Assembly: GCF_000172155.1 (NCBI RefSeq)
Contig: NZ_ABIZ01000001.1
Span: 2,139,105 to 2,203,104, forward strand
From: Verrucomicrobium spinosum DSM 4136 = JCM 18804
GTDB taxonomy: Bacteria > Verrucomicrobiota > Verrucomicrobiia > Verrucomicrobiales > Verrucomicrobiaceae
Length of the DNA: 64,000 nucleotides
Direction: 5' to 3'
The translations under genes were made by a program, and so were the position numbers. Within the stretch, counting starts at the first letter, position 1, and every line of letters begins with the position of its first letter. The notes beneath the pieces were generated by a model, which had not been told where the DNA came from, did no database searches, and saw only the letters and a program-made list of their open reading frames with translations. This document shows, in pieces, positions 28,397 through 38,371 of this stretch.

Positions 28397-29044
28397 GTGG
28401 CAAAGATAAGGCTCAAGAATCCCGGACGTCCGGTGGCATGGTTGATCCGTGCCATCGGCAACACCCTGAAGTACCGCATCATCAACCGGGCTGGCATGGC
28501 TTACCCGACGGATGAGCGGCACATCTGGGTGTTCTGGCACAACCGCATGTTCCTCATTCCCTGGCTGCGGCAGAACTTGATTCCCGGTCAGGAGGGGGCC
28601 TTCCTCACCAGCCCCAGCGGGGATGGGCAGATTATTGCCGAGGCCTGCTCGGACTTCGGGCTCAAGCCGGTGCGCGGCTCCAGTTCCAAGCGGGGTGCGC
28701 AGGCCATGGTGGAGCTGGCGCATTATGTGAAGACCGGCCATGACATCGGCATCACCCCAGACGGACCCCGCGGGCCGAAGTACCACATGAACATGGGCGT
28801 GATCAAGCTGGCCCAGCTCACCGGTGGCAAGCTCATGCCGGTGCACATCCGCTACGACAAGGCGTTCACCTTTAAGACCTGGGACGGATTCCAGCTGCCC
28901 CTGCCGTTCTCTGGCGTGGAGATTGAGTTCGCTGAGCCGTTCTCGGTTCCCCGGAGGATGACCGAGGAGGAATGCGAGGCGCAACGTGCGGAACTGGAGC
29001 GGATCCTGCGGGAGGGAACGAGGGAATTTCCGGTGGATCGGTAG
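28397..29044 (+). CDS. DUF374 / lysophospholipid-acyltransferase-family protein
   Basis: VFWHNRMFLIPW…SPSGDGQIIAEACSDFGLKPVRGSSSKRGAQAM…ITPDGPRGP matches the DUF374 conserved core. Confidence 0.7.
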   Translation: MAKIRLKNPGRPVAWLIRAIGNTLKYRIINRAGMAYPTDERHIWVFWHNRMFLIPWLRQNLIPGQEGAFLTSPSGDGQIIAEACSDFGLKPVRGSSSKRGAQAMVELAHYVKTGHDIGITPDGPRGPKYHMNMGVIKLAQLTGGKLMPVHIRYDKAFTFKTWDGFQLPLPFSGVEIEFAEPFSVPRRMTEEECEAQRAELERILREGTREFPVDR

Positions 29045-29107
29045 GTCAGTGCGTCAGTGCGTCAGTGCGTCAGTGCGTCAGTGCGTCAGTGCGTCAGTGC
29101 GTCAGTT
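29045..29107. repeat. Octamer microsatellite (GTCAGTGC)x7.8, starting at the base after the TAG stop
   Basis: Direct reading. Same unit and same right flank (gtt.gggttcgaggtaa) as the locus at 11680. Confidence 0.95.
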
Positions 29108-29157
29108 GGGGTTCGAGGTAACCTTTATTGAATGGTAAGTCGTGGGCCGGAGTGGGG

Positions 29158-29307
29158 TGACCGGGTAAACGCGGAACTCCAACCCTCTCCGTTCCGCCAG
29201 CAGGGTTGGAGTTCCGTCTCGCATGCGGGACGGTCAGGGTACAAATACCCAGTGCGTTGCATTGCAGAAAGAACTCAGTTTTGGAGTATCGCCTTTAGGC
29301 GGCTCAG
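29158..29307. repeat. Hairpin element family A, copy 3 (inverted loop, 70-bp internal insertion)
   Basis: gaccgggtaaacgcggaactccaaccctctccgttccgccagcagggttggagttccg…cgcctttaggcggctcag. The loop is the reverse complement of the copy-2 loop. Confidence 0.65.
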
Positions 29308-29408
29308 GGAATTCTGAGTGGTGCGGGGGCATTGTGCTGAAATCGACGGTCGTCCCCATTTCCCACCCCGGGACTTGCCGCCCAGCCTGGCGCGTGTTAG
29401 GGACATTC

Positions 29409-30290
29409 ATGCAGTTGATCAAAGGATCTGAAGTGGCCGCCAAGGTGCTGGCGGAGTGCCAGCAGGACATCGCCGCCCTGGCTGCCCAGGGGCACAAGCC
29501 CGGGCTGGCCGTCGTGCTGGTGGGGGATGATCCCGCGTCCCGCGCCTATGTGCGCAGCAAGGACAAGAAGTGCCGCGATCTGGGGCTGCACTCGGTGAAG
29601 CTGGAACTGCCGGCCGAGACGACCCAGGAGGAACTGCTGGCGCACATCGCCTCCCTCAACGCCGATCCTGCCATTCACGGCATTCTCGTGCAGAGCCCGC
29701 CTCCCAAGCATATCGATGAGAGCGCCGTCGTGCTGGCCATTGATCCCCGCAAGGATGTGGATGGATTTCACCCGGTGAACGTGGCGAAGCTGGCGCTGGA
29801 GGATTCCTCCGGATTTGTGCCCTGCACGCCGGCGGGCTGCCAGCGGTTGCTGCTGGATGCCGGTGTGGAAACCAGCGGGGCCAAGGTGGTGGTGCTGGGA
29901 CGCAGCATGATCGTGGGCAAGCCCATGGCGTTGCTCCTCATGGCCAAAGGCAAAGGGGGGGACGCGACCGTGACGGTGGCTCATTCCCGTACGAAGAATC
30001 TGGCTGAAGTCACCCGCGAGGCCGACATCATCATCGCCGCCATCGGTCGGCCGAACTTTGTCCGCGCCGAGCATGTCAAGGAAGGTGCGGTGATCATCGA
30101 CGTGGGCATCAACCGCGTGGAAGACCCGGGTTCAGAAAAAGGCTACAAGATCGTGGGTGATGTGGCCTTCGACGAAGTGGCCCCCAAGTGCCGCGCCATC
30201 ACCCCGGTGCCCGGCGGTGTGGGCCCGATGACCATTGCCATGCTCATGGCGAACACGATCAAGGCCTGCAAGCAGTTGGTTGGGGCTTAG
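29409..30290 (+). CDS. folD: Bifunctional methylenetetrahydrofolate dehydrogenase/cyclohydrolase
   Basis: Start at [35 protein letters not shown]…[16 protein letters not shown]…[18 protein letters not shown]…[14 protein letters not shown]. Confidence 0.9.
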   Translation: MQLIKGSEVAAKVLAECQQDIAALAAQGHKPGLAVVLVGDDPASRAYVRSKDKKCRDLGLHSVKLELPAETTQEELLAHIASLNADPAIHGILVQSPPPKHIDESAVVLAIDPRKDVDGFHPVNVAKLALEDSSGFVPCTPAGCQRLLLDAGVETSGAKVVVLGRSMIVGKPMALLLMAKGKGGDATVTVAHSRTKNLAEVTREADIIIAAIGRPNFVRAEHVKEGAVIIDVGINRVEDPGSEKGYKIVGDVAFDEVAPKCRAITPVPGGVGPMTIAMLMANTIKACKQLVGA

Positions 30291-30292
30291 TC

Positions 30293-30420
30293 GGTGCGTT
30301 GGTGCGTTGGTGCGTTGGTGCGTTGGTGCGTTGGTGCGTTGGTGCGTTGGTGCGTTGGTGCGTTGGTGCGTTGGTGCGTTGGTGCGTTGGTGCGTTGGTG
30401 CGTTGGTGCGTTGGTGCGTT
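30293..30420. repeat. Octamer microsatellite (GGTGCGTT)x16, starting 2 bp after the folD stop
   Basis: 16 perfect units read directly. Confidence 0.95.
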
Positions 30421-30439
30421 GATTTGCGTGTTATCTCAT

Positions 30440-30704
30440 GAACCCGGAGGGTTCGCCATGAGTAGCCATGGGTCGGCGGAGCGTAGCGAGGCCTACCCAT
30501 GGAAGTCTGGACGAAGGTTTCTACCGCGCAGGGGTAGGCCGATCGCGTTGCGAACCCCACACGAGATCCCGCCACACCACCCACTCAGACTTTGGTCGCC
30601 ATGGGCCTACCGCTCCGCGGTAGAAATCTCCATGTTGCTGTCCACGGGTAGCCATCGCTTCGTTCGGTCCACCCGTGGCTACTCATGGTGAACCCTCCGG
30701 GTTC
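30440..30704. repeat. MITE-like element with 34-bp terminal inverted repeats and nested internal palindromes (265 bp)
   Basis: Left end gaacccggagggttcgccatgagtagccatgggt, right end acccgtggctactcatggtgaaccctccgggttc (32/34 complementary). Internal tctaccgcg…cgcggtaga and ggcctacccatgg…ccatgggcctac. Confidence 0.55.
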
Positions 30705-30766
30705 GGCGTATGATGGAAGGTTCTAGGTGGTGACGACTTGGTCAGGGTGGGAGGTTGTTCGTAGTT

Positions 30767-30840
30767 CAAACTTTAGTTTGCTCAGTTTGCGGAATATCCC
30801 CTGAGGCAAACTAAAGTTTGAACTACGAACAGAGCCTCGC
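30767..30840. repeat. Perfect long hairpin (25-bp arms, extendable to about 30 bp)
   Basis: gttcgtagttcaaactttagtttgc…gcaaactaaagtttgaactacgaac, with ctcag…ctgag extending the stem. Confidence 0.8.
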
Positions 30841-31020
30841 AAGCCATGTCAGGGGGCGATGGAGCGGTCGCGAGGTGAGTTGCCTGAGCTATCGTGAAAG
30901 GGGGAGGAGATTGTTTTCATGAATCACCTTCTTCCTCAGCCCAATCCTTCTGATTCTAGTGAGCCCTCTGTGTTCTCTGTGCCTCTTTGGTTAATCTTCA
31001 GGAACACTCTGGCATATCAA

Positions 31021-31070
31021 AAGCGGGCGGATTCTCCTCCGCCCGCTCTGTTTGGTTTTTGTTTTCGGTT
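31021..31070. terminator. Bidirectional rho-independent terminator (serves the flotillin gene on the minus strand)
   Basis: GCGGGCGGAttctccTCCGCCCGC with A/T tracts on both sides (tctgtttggtttttgttttc on +, ttttgatat on -). Confidence 0.5.
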
Positions 31071-31102
31071 TGGTTTTGGGGTGGGAAATCCTGTCGGCCA
31101 AC

Positions 31103-32899
31103 TTAGTTTAACTCACTTGCCGGGCGCTGTGGCAAGGTGTCGCGCTTCACCATCATGGCCATGAGGGCATCCAGGAGGCCGCTGCCACCCTGGGCACCTG
31201 TGACGGCGACATCGGGCACGACGCGGACGTTGCGCTCGCCGATGATCTGCATGAGCTGGAGCATGGCGTAGTTCTGGTGGCCCAGTGACTCAACACCTGC
31301 CGTATAGGCTTCGGCCTTGGCGGTACCGGTGGCTCGAATGGCGTCGGCTTCACCATTGGCCCGCAGGCGGATGCTTTCGGCCTCACCCTCGCTCTTGCGC
31401 ACGCTGGCACGGGCTTGAAGTTCGGCGATCTGCACGCCCTGCTCTGCGCCCACCACCTGATGCTGAATGTCTGCGAGTGAGGTCTGGCGTACCAACTGCT
31501 GGCGTTGGGTCTCCGCCGCCTCCTGCATCTCATAGGTCTTGCGCTGCTCCTCCGCAATCTTGCGATCCGTCTGCGTCTTCATGAGTTGCTCGGGCGGGGT
31601 GATGTCGCCGATCAAAGTGTCGATGGCCTCCACATCGTACTCGCGCAGGGCGGCGGCAATGTGTTCCGCGGCCTCCGACTGGCGGTGACTGCGGGCACTG
31701 AGGAAGTCGAGCACGGTGTAGTCCTGGGCGGAGTTTCGGAAGTAGTTGCCCACGATGGGCTGCAGCACGTGGTCGATGAGGTTTTGGAGCGAGCCGGCGC
31801 GGCTGATCACTTTGGGAGCTTCGAGGGCGCCAATGTGAATGATCTGGGACACGTCGAGATTGAAAGCGAAACCGTCACGCGAGCGCACGGTGATGGAGCT
31901 GAGCTTGGCATCAAACTGGTGCGACTCCGTGCGGGTGGCCCAGTTCAGGACGATGTTGGTGGTGGGAACCAGCTCCACGCGCATGATGCGGGTGTTGAGC
32001 GGGTGTTTGCCCGGGTAGAGAGGGGAGATCCAGACGCCCTTGTGCCCGGGCAGGACGAGGTCGCCGTGCTTGAAGTCCACGCCGCTCACGTCCTCATGGG
32101 CTTGTCCAACGTAGGAAATAACAACGCCAACGTGGCCGATGGGGATCTCCACCATGGGCACCTGCTCGACCTGGGCAAACCAGGGGTTGAGGTTCCACAC
32201 GCCGCTCAGCAGAACCTGCTCCTGCAGGCCGCGGTGGCCTTCACTGTCGAGGAAGGATTGCGCGTTCTGGAAGTTGTCGTGCCCGGGGATGCTCGTGCCC
32301 GCGATCTCACCTTCTGCGATGGGGGCACCGTCCAGGGTGGTGACAATGCCCACGCGATCAGGCTCTACCTTGTAGAGTCGCAGCATCTCGGGGTTCAGGC
32401 CGTGATCCGTGGCGTTCCAGGAGGTGATCACGGTGAAGAGGGCGGAGTTAATCCGGTAGGTGCCGGCGGTAAGGATGGCGAGCTGGCGGCCTTTCTCCCC
32501 GCCTGCCGCCAGGAACGCCCGGGCGTTCTCAAAGTGGTTGCAGGGCACGGTGCGACCGAGGATTCGACCCGGAGGGATGGGGGCGCCGGCGGCGGCCACG
32601 ACGAGGGCAATCTCACCGGAGGGCACATAGGTGAGCGGCAAGTGAAGGATTCGGTACTGCCACTTCCAGTAGAAGAAGTGCAGGCCGGGCGGGAGCACAT
32701 CCGCCTGGTAGCCGGCCTCGCCTTTCAGCGCGATGATCTGCCCCGGGGGGAGGTTGCGCATGGCGAAGCGCTTGATGACAATGCCGACCTTCTGCTCCCC
32801 GATGTAAACAACACCAAGGAAGTACCAGAGGGCGATGAGGCTGAGGGGGATTTTCAGCCACCAGCTGTTCCAAATGAACTCTAAGATGTTCGTGATCAT
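31103..32899 (-). CDS. Flotillin-family (SPFH/band-7) protein
   Basis: Start set at the ATG at 32899 (MITNILEFIWNSWW…, N-terminal TM). Long SPFH domain, then a coiled-coil AEA-rich tail (EAAETQRQQLVRQTSLADIQHQVVGAEQGVQIAELQARA…) typical of YqiK/FloA-like flotillins. Confidence 0.8.
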   Translation of the reverse strand: MITNILEFIWNSWWLKIPLSLIALWYFLGVVYIGEQKVGIVIKRFAMRNLPPGQIIALKGEAGYQADVLPPGLHFFYWKWQYRILHLPLTYVPSGEIALVVAAAGAPIPPGRILGRTVPCNHFENARAFLAAGGEKGRQLAILTAGTYRINSALFTVITSWNATDHGLNPEMLRLYKVEPDRVGIVTTLDGAPIAEGEIAGTSIPGHDNFQNAQSFLDSEGHRGLQEQVLLSGVWNLNPWFAQVEQVPMVEIPIGHVGVVISYVGQAHEDVSGVDFKHGDLVLPGHKGVWISPLYPGKHPLNTRIMRVELVPTTNIVLNWATRTESHQFDAKLSSITVRSRDGFAFNLDVSQIIHIGALEAPKVISRAGSLQNLIDHVLQPIVGNYFRNSAQDYTVLDFLSARSHRQSEAAEHIAAALREYDVEAIDTLIGDITPPEQLMKTQTDRKIAEEQRKTYEMQEAAETQRQQLVRQTSLADIQHQVVGAEQGVQIAELQARASVRKSEGEAESIRLRANGEADAIRATGTAKAEAYTAGVESLGHQNYAMLQLMQIIGERNVRVVPDVAVTGAQGGSGLLDALMAMMVKRDTLPQRPASELN

Positions 32900-33608
32900 A
32901 AAATGCAGGGTAATGAGGTGCGAGGGGAATCTTGGATGACGATATGAGTGGTAGTTTCCTGGTGTCCCGTTTGCAGACGAGAGAGCGAGGCGTGGGCCTT
33001 GGGCGCACGTATTCCCTGTGCCGTTGACCCGGAGGCGGACCTCCGGCGGAGACACCAGATGGAATTGGGGGCGTATTACCGCGAACCGTGTCGCGGTGGC
33101 ACGGGAAGATTCAGAACCTGAACCCTAGGGCGCGATGGGGCGCAGGAAGGGCTGGTGGGATGACGGACTGCCGTGCAGCCGTCGGTGAATGGCGTGGCGC
33201 CGGTGCGTTGAGCAGTTGGCGCTGGCTGGGTATTTCATGTTCTCGTTGACCTTGCCGAACGAGACGGTCACCCGCCACGTGCAGCATGTTGCTGTTGGGG
33301 AGACCATGAAGCCTGCGAAGCAGACCCCAGAGAGATCGTCCCTCCCAAAATTGCCTGCGAGGTTAGCTGACGGGCTGGACCTTGGAAGTGGTCCCTGCAA
33401 GCGGTTGCCCGCTTCGTTCGCCCCGTCCTGATTCTCTTGCGAAAACCAGGAGTTCGGTTCCCCCGCGCCACTACTGAGGAAGCAGTAATGACTTCGGCTG
33501 ACAGTGGGATGTTATTCCATGGACCTTTTTTGTCAAATGGAACCGGTGACACCCCGGGCGGACCCTGCGCAAGTCCTTGTGATTCATGCTTGAAGTTGCG
33601 GGCGTTCG

Positions 33609-34439
33609 TTGTCTTTATCGGGTGTGAGCGAAAGCATTTCCAATGCGCCATTGGGCGTCTTTGATTCCGGAGTGGGCGGCCTGACGGTGGTGCGCGCCCT
33701 GCTGGATCTTCTGCCGAACGAATCGATCATTTATCTCGGCGATACCGCCCGGGTGCCCTATGGATCCAAGTCGCCCGACACAATCCGCAAGTTCTCGGTG
33801 GAGGACACCCAGTTCCTGCTGAGCAAAGGGGTGAAGGCGGTGGTGGTGGCCTGCAACACCGCGACGGCCCACGCGTTGCCGCAGTTGCGGCAGATGTTTC
33901 GTGTGCCGGTGGTGGGCGTGTTGGAACCTGGTGTGGAGGCTACGCTGGCCGATCCTGCCTGTCAGCGGGTGGGGATCATCGGCACAGCGGGAACCATCAA
34001 GAGTCATGCCTATCAGCATGAGCTGGCCATGCGTCGTCCAGACCTGCAGATCTATGCCGAGGCGACGCCTCTGCTGGTGCCGCTGGTGGAGGAGGACTGG
34101 ATCGACCATCCGGCGACCAAGATGGTGCTGCGGGAGTATCTCAAGCCCATGCTGGACAAGGGCATGGACACTCTGGTCCTAGGGTGCACTCACTACCCCC
34201 TGCTGAAGCCCTTGTTAAAGCGGATCTTGAACAACAAGGTGCGGATGGTGGACTCTGCTCTGACCTGTGCCGAGCACGTCAAACGCATGCTGGCGGAGCA
34301 GGGGCTGGAACGCACCGCCAAGGGCAAGCCCAAGCTGGAGGTGTATCTGACGGACTTGTCAGAGCACTCTGAGGAGTTGGCGAAGCGGTTCCTGCATACC
34401 GAATTCGGCAAGGTGCAGCGCGCCAGCCTGGCATCGTAG
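33609..34439 (+). CDS. murI: Glutamate racemase
   Basis: GVFDSGVGGLTV…VVACNTATA…LVLGCTHYPLL are canonical MurI motifs. The start codon is uncertain (TTG at 33609 or GTG at 33624). Confidence 0.85.
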   Translation: MSLSGVSESISNAPLGVFDSGVGGLTVVRALLDLLPNESIIYLGDTARVPYGSKSPDTIRKFSVEDTQFLLSKGVKAVVVACNTATAHALPQLRQMFRVPVVGVLEPGVEATLADPACQRVGIIGTAGTIKSHAYQHELAMRRPDLQIYAEATPLLVPLVEEDWIDHPATKMVLREYLKPMLDKGMDTLVLGCTHYPLLKPLLKRILNNKVRMVDSALTCAEHVKRMLAEQGLERTAKGKPKLEVYLTDLSEHSEELAKRFLHTEFGKVQRASLAS

Positions 34440-34461
34440 GCACGGTGAGAGAGCGGGCGGC

Positions 34462-35115
34462 TCAGCCGCTCACGGCAGGGCGGATATTCAGGATGCCCTT
34501 GGCGATCGCTTCCGCCAGCTTTTGACGGTGGGAGGGGGTGTTGCAGAGGATCGCCTCGGCGGGATTGCTCAAGAAGCCGCACTCCACCAGAACGGCGGGG
34601 CCTTTGGTACGGGTGAGGACGGCAAAGTCCTGGTACGTGATACCCCGATCTACGCCGGGCACGTTTTCCTTGAGGGAGGTCTGGATGCTTTGGGCAATCT
34701 CCTTGCTCATAGCTCCCCGATAGAACGTCTCATACCCGGAGATGCCGGAGACGCGGATCGCATTGAAGTGAATGCTGACCAGCAGGGAGTTGGGGAACCG
34801 GTTGGCCATGATGGCCCGATCGTCCAGCGAGACGGTTTTATCATAGCGCCGGGTCATGACGGTGGTGACGCCTTGGTCCCGGAGAATTGTTTCGAGGCGC
34901 TTCGCGACGTCCAGCGTGAGCGTCTTCTCCAGCAATCCGTGCCAAGAAGTGCCTCCATCGGCACCTCCATGCCCAGGGTCAACAACGACCAGTTGAAAGG
35001 CTCGGGCAGGGGGCGTGCTGGCGAAGAGCGTCAAAAATCCCCAAACGAGAATGGCAGCGAGAGTGAGAGGGGGCCGCTGGGGGCGGGGAGAGACGAGCTT
35101 GCCTGGGAGGGACAT
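34462..35115 (-). CDS. N-acetylmuramoyl-L-alanine amidase (Amidase_3)
   Basis: VVVDPGHGGADGG…VSIHFNA…VLVECGFLSNPAEA. Confidence 0.8.
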   Translation of the reverse strand: MSLPGKLVSPRPQRPPLTLAAILVWGFLTLFASTPPARAFQLVVVDPGHGGADGGTSWHGLLEKTLTLDVAKRLETILRDQGVTTVMTRRYDKTVSLDDRAIMANRFPNSLLVSIHFNAIRVSGISGYETFYRGAMSKEIAQSIQTSLKENVPGVDRGITYQDFAVLTRTKGPAVLVECGFLSNPAEAILCNTPSHRQKLAEAIAKGILNIRPAVSG

Positions 35116-35188
35116 AAAGCTGTCGAGGTGAAGGGTGCTTTCTCGATGCTCGCGTGCTCCGGTGGTCTCCCGGCCTCAGTTGGAATTG

Positions 35189-35740
35189 CTAACGGGGAAC
35201 CTTTAGGGATTTTCCGATGCTCAAGAAGTCGGAGCTCATACCGTTGGCGGCCTTGAGTTTTGCGACTGTGGTGCCATTGCGCCGGGCGATGGCTGAGAGG
35301 GTGTCGCCTTTCTTCACCACATAGCTGCCACCGCCGCCTCCGCTGCTGCCGGACTTGGAGTTCCCTGACTTGGATTTGGAAGAGGCGGTCTTGGAGCTGG
35401 AGCTCTTGGACTTGGGGGTGGTCTTGATGACAATGCGTCGTCCCGTGGCGGCACCTTCGTGTGAACCGGACCATTTTTCCTGGTCGGCAGAGGTGGCAGC
35501 GGCGGCACGACCGGAACGACGCTCGCCTTCGGCTGCCCAATCACTGACGTAGCGACCATCGGAGTCGAACGGATAGGCATGGCTGGGCATCGAGTGGGGA
35601 GGGGTCCGAACGGTTCCTGTCAACGTGATCGGCGGGAGTTTGTCAGGAATGCCTTTGATCTTGGACGTGGAGGAGCACGAGCTCAGTCCGAGCATGGGCA
35701 GCGCAGCCAGGGCGATGAGGGCGAGGGTGCGGAGATTCAT
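35189..35740 (-). CDS. LysM peptidoglycan-binding lipoprotein
   Basis: Start moved to [22 protein letters not shown] (lipobox). C-terminal Lys[44 protein letters not shown]. Confidence 0.65.
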   Translation of the reverse strand: MNLRTLALIALAALPMLGLSSCSSTSKIKGIPDKLPPITLTGTVRTPPHSMPSHAYPFDSDGRYVSDWAAEGERRSGRAAAATSADQEKWSGSHEGAATGRRIVIKTTPKSKSSSSKTASSKSKSGNSKSGSSGGGGGSYVVKKGDTLSAIARRNGTTVAKLKAANGMSSDFLSIGKSLKVPR

Positions 35741-35934
35741 CCTAGAGGCGAAGGCAGACATGTCGGGAAGGATGCTAGCACGGAGAAGGAATTGCGCCAG
35801 CAGGCGATTTGAATCGCCGGGGAAGAGGCTTGAACTGGGGGAGTTCGTATTGCGGTCGCAAGAATCGCAACACCCACGGTCCCTGGCTGGTGGGATGGCC
35901 ATCAGCCGGGAGCTCGACGTGGGGGCAGGGAGGT

Positions 35935-37032
35935 CTAGTTCAACTTGGCCAGCTCTTTGGGCAGGAATTTGCCGTTCTTGCGGATCAGCACGTTGTCGAA
36001 CCAGATCTCACCCCCGCCGTAGTCGGGGCGCTGGATATTGACGAGGTCCCAATGCACCTGACTGCGGTTGCCATTGTCTGCCACACCTTCATAAGCCTGG
36101 CCGGGCGTGAAGTGGAAGGAGCCGGCGATCTTCTCGTCGAACAAAATGTCGCGCATGGGCTCGCGAATCTCGCGATTGAAGCCAATGGCGAACTCGCCGA
36201 TGTAGCGGGCGCCTTCGTCGCTGTCGAGGATCTTGTTGATGGCCTTCGTGTTGTTGGCCGTGGCATTGACGATCTTGCCCTTGCTAAACTCGAGGCGGAC
36301 GTTGTCGAAAGCGATGCCCTGGTAAACGGTCGGGGCATTATAGGAGATGACGCCCTCCACGCTGTCGCGGACCGGAGCAGAGAAGACTTCGCCGTCGGGG
36401 ATGTTGTGGGTGCCGCCACAGGCGATGGCCTTGAGACCCTTGAGGCTGAATTTCAGATCGGTGCCGGGCCCCTTGATGTGGACCTGGTTGGCTTTGTCCA
36501 TGAGCTTCTTCAGGGAGTTCATGGCGGGGAGGAGGGCCTTGTAGTCCAGCAGGCAGACGCGGAAGTAGAAGTCCTCGAAGGCCTCGGTGCTCATGCTCGC
36601 CTGTTGGGCCATGGCGGAAGTGGGCCAGCGCAGGACGCACCACCGGGTGTTGTTGACGCGCTCGTTGATGACGGGGCGCATCTTCTCCATGACCAGCTTC
36701 ATCTTGTCCGCGGGAACGTCCGCCATCTCGGTGATGTTATGGCTGCCGCGGATGGCGATGTACACCTCGATCTCCTTCATGAGATCGAGGTTGTTCTTGG
36801 CGAGGAGATCATAGCCATTCGGGTCCGCGTGCTTCATGAGCTCGCGGGTGATGGTGGCGTCGTGGAGTTTGACAACAGGAATGGCTTTGGCAGCGACGAC
36901 GGCACGGATCAGGGCCAGGCAGATGGAGTTCGGCGCGTCGTAAATGTCGAGTAGGACGCGGTCGCCTTTTTTCACACTGGTCGAATAGCGGACGAGTTGA
37001 GTGGCGAGTTGATCTATGCGTGGGTCGTGCAT
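35935..37032 (-). CDS. Aminopeptidase, M29 family (AmpS/aminopeptidase T-like)
   Basis: Length and blocks ([15 protein letters not shown]…HWDLV) are consistent with thermophilic-type M29 aminopeptidases. 48-bp gap to the polymerase gene upstream. Confidence 0.7.
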   Translation of the reverse strand: MHDPRIDQLATQLVRYSTSVKKGDRVLLDIYDAPNSICLALIRAVVAAKAIPVVKLHDATITRELMKHADPNGYDLLAKNNLDLMKEIEVYIAIRGSHNITEMADVPADKMKLVMEKMRPVINERVNNTRWCVLRWPTSAMAQQASMSTEAFEDFYFRVCLLDYKALLPAMNSLKKLMDKANQVHIKGPGTDLKFSLKGLKAIACGGTHNIPDGEVFSAPVRDSVEGVISYNAPTVYQGIAFDNVRLEFSKGKIVNATANNTKAINKILDSDEGARYIGEFAIGFNREIREPMRDILFDEKIAGSFHFTPGQAYEGVADNGNRSQVHWDLVNIQRPDYGGGEIWFDNVLIRKNGKFLPKELAKLN

Positions 37033-37080
37033 GGCGATTTTGTAACGGCAGCCCCAGCAAAGCGCAAGCCCGATGCGGCG

Positions 37081-38298
37081 TCAGCTTTCGGTTTCAGGAT
37101 CAGGGATGCGCGTGAAGGCGATTCGCATGGGGGTGTACTCCAAAGCCCCCAGAGCGCCGCCAAAGCACACGGCGTTCTGGCCGTAACGTTTGTTGATGGC
37201 ATCCATCAGTCCGCAGAGTTGCTGTTGTCGTTTGTCAAATTCCAGCAGGCTCGGCGTGACCTTGGTGGCAGGGGCAAGGCCGGAGAGGTTGACGCCGGTG
37301 GCCTTGGGCTCCAGGCCCGCTCGACGGGGACGTCGATCCCAGAGCACTTCGAAGGCTTCCAACAGGCGGAAGGTGTCCTGCGTATCACAGAAGGAGATGT
37401 CGGAGGACCAGGAGGGGCTGTTGGTGTACTTGATGAACAATTCAAGGCGGCAGGTGAAGTGGTCCATTTTCCTCAGGCGCATCGCCGCTTTCTGAAGAAG
37501 GCGGCAGCTCACGGCGTGAGTGCCAAGATCGTTCCGCAGCCGGGTGGGAAGCACGTGGGAATGGCCGATGACGCGGCGTTGGGTGGGCGGCGGTTCGGTC
37601 ACCTCGCCCCGAAGCCAGTGCCAGAGGTGGACGCCGCCAATACCACCCCAGACGTGATGGAGGGTTTCGCGAGTCGCGGAGGTGAGCTGCGCCACGGTGC
37701 GTATGCCGTGGGCGACCAGGCGGGTTTCCATTTTCTGGCCGATCCCGCAGAAGTCCCTGAGCTTCAACTGGTGCAGGCAGTGGGGGAGATCCGCCTGCTC
37801 GATCATGAAGAGGCCATCGGGCTTGCCCATATCCGAGGCGAGCTTGGCGAGGAAGCGATTCGGAGCGATGCCGATCGAGTAGGTGAGCCAGTCGCCCACC
37901 TGGCTGGTGAGCGTGGCCTTGAGCGAGCGTGCAAACGCCTCCGCCTGCGTGCGATTCGTCACGGATTTCGGCAGTAGGCACCAAGCTTCATCAATGGACA
38001 TGACCTCCGCCACCTGGATGCGAGACTCCAGAGCGGTGACGAAGCGCTGATGAAACTCCGTGTACAGACGCGGCCGGGATTCTACAAAGACGATCTCCGG
38101 GCACAACTGCCGGGCATCCCGCACGCGAGTGCCCGTCTTCACCCCAAACCGGCGGGCCTCCTTGCTCGCGGCAATGCAAGACGTGGACTCCGACTTCACC
38201 GGCACCACTCCCACCGGCCTTCCCCTCAGGCGTGGATCGAGCTGCTGCTCCACCGAGGCAAAGAAGCTATCCAGATCAAGAATAAGGTCCGGTCCCAT
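37081..38298 (-). CDS. Y-family translesion DNA polymerase (DinB/UmuC/ImuB-like) with C-terminal extension
   Basis: LILDLDSFFASVEQ…RGRPVGVV…IAASKEARRFGVKTG…SIDEAW is the Y-family palm. A LexA-box candidate lies 13 bp upstream. Confidence 0.75.
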   Translation of the reverse strand: MGPDLILDLDSFFASVEQQLDPRLRGRPVGVVPVKSESTSCIAASKEARRFGVKTGTRVRDARQLCPEIVFVESRPRLYTEFHQRFVTALESRIQVAEVMSIDEAWCLLPKSVTNRTQAEAFARSLKATLTSQVGDWLTYSIGIAPNRFLAKLASDMGKPDGLFMIEQADLPHCLHQLKLRDFCGIGQKMETRLVAHGIRTVAQLTSATRETLHHVWGGIGGVHLWHWLRGEVTEPPPTQRRVIGHSHVLPTRLRNDLGTHAVSCRLLQKAAMRLRKMDHFTCRLELFIKYTNSPSWSSDISFCDTQDTFRLLEAFEVLWDRRPRRAGLEPKATGVNLSGLAPATKVTPSLLEFDKRQQQLCGLMDAINKRYGQNAVCFGGALGALEYTPMRIAFTRIPDPETES

Positions 38299-38310
38299 TC
38301 TAAATAATAC

Positions 38311-38324
38311 TGTTCACAAGAACA
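38311..38324. promoter_or_regulatory. Candidate LexA operator, Verrucomicrobia type (TGTTC-N4-GAACA)
   Basis: TGTTCACAAGAACA is a perfect palindrome in the 73-bp divergent intergenic region between the Y-family polymerase and the RAYT-like gene. The motif class was reported for Verrucomicrobia SOS regulons (established knowledge, recalled). Confidence 0.55.
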
Positions 38325-38371
38325 TTTAAAATTGCATTTGCATCAATAAAGTGTCTGTCCCTTTATAAGGT

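Noticed and set aside
30188-30691. 167-aa ORF spanning the (GGTGCGTT)16 array and MITE-like element
   Set aside because: Translation is a (GALVRWCV)n repeat read from the microsatellite. It is an artefact.
30919-31164. 81-aa plus-strand ORF downstream of the hairpin region
   Set aside because: It overlaps the bidirectional terminator and the 3' end of the flotillin gene, has no homology and is low complexity.
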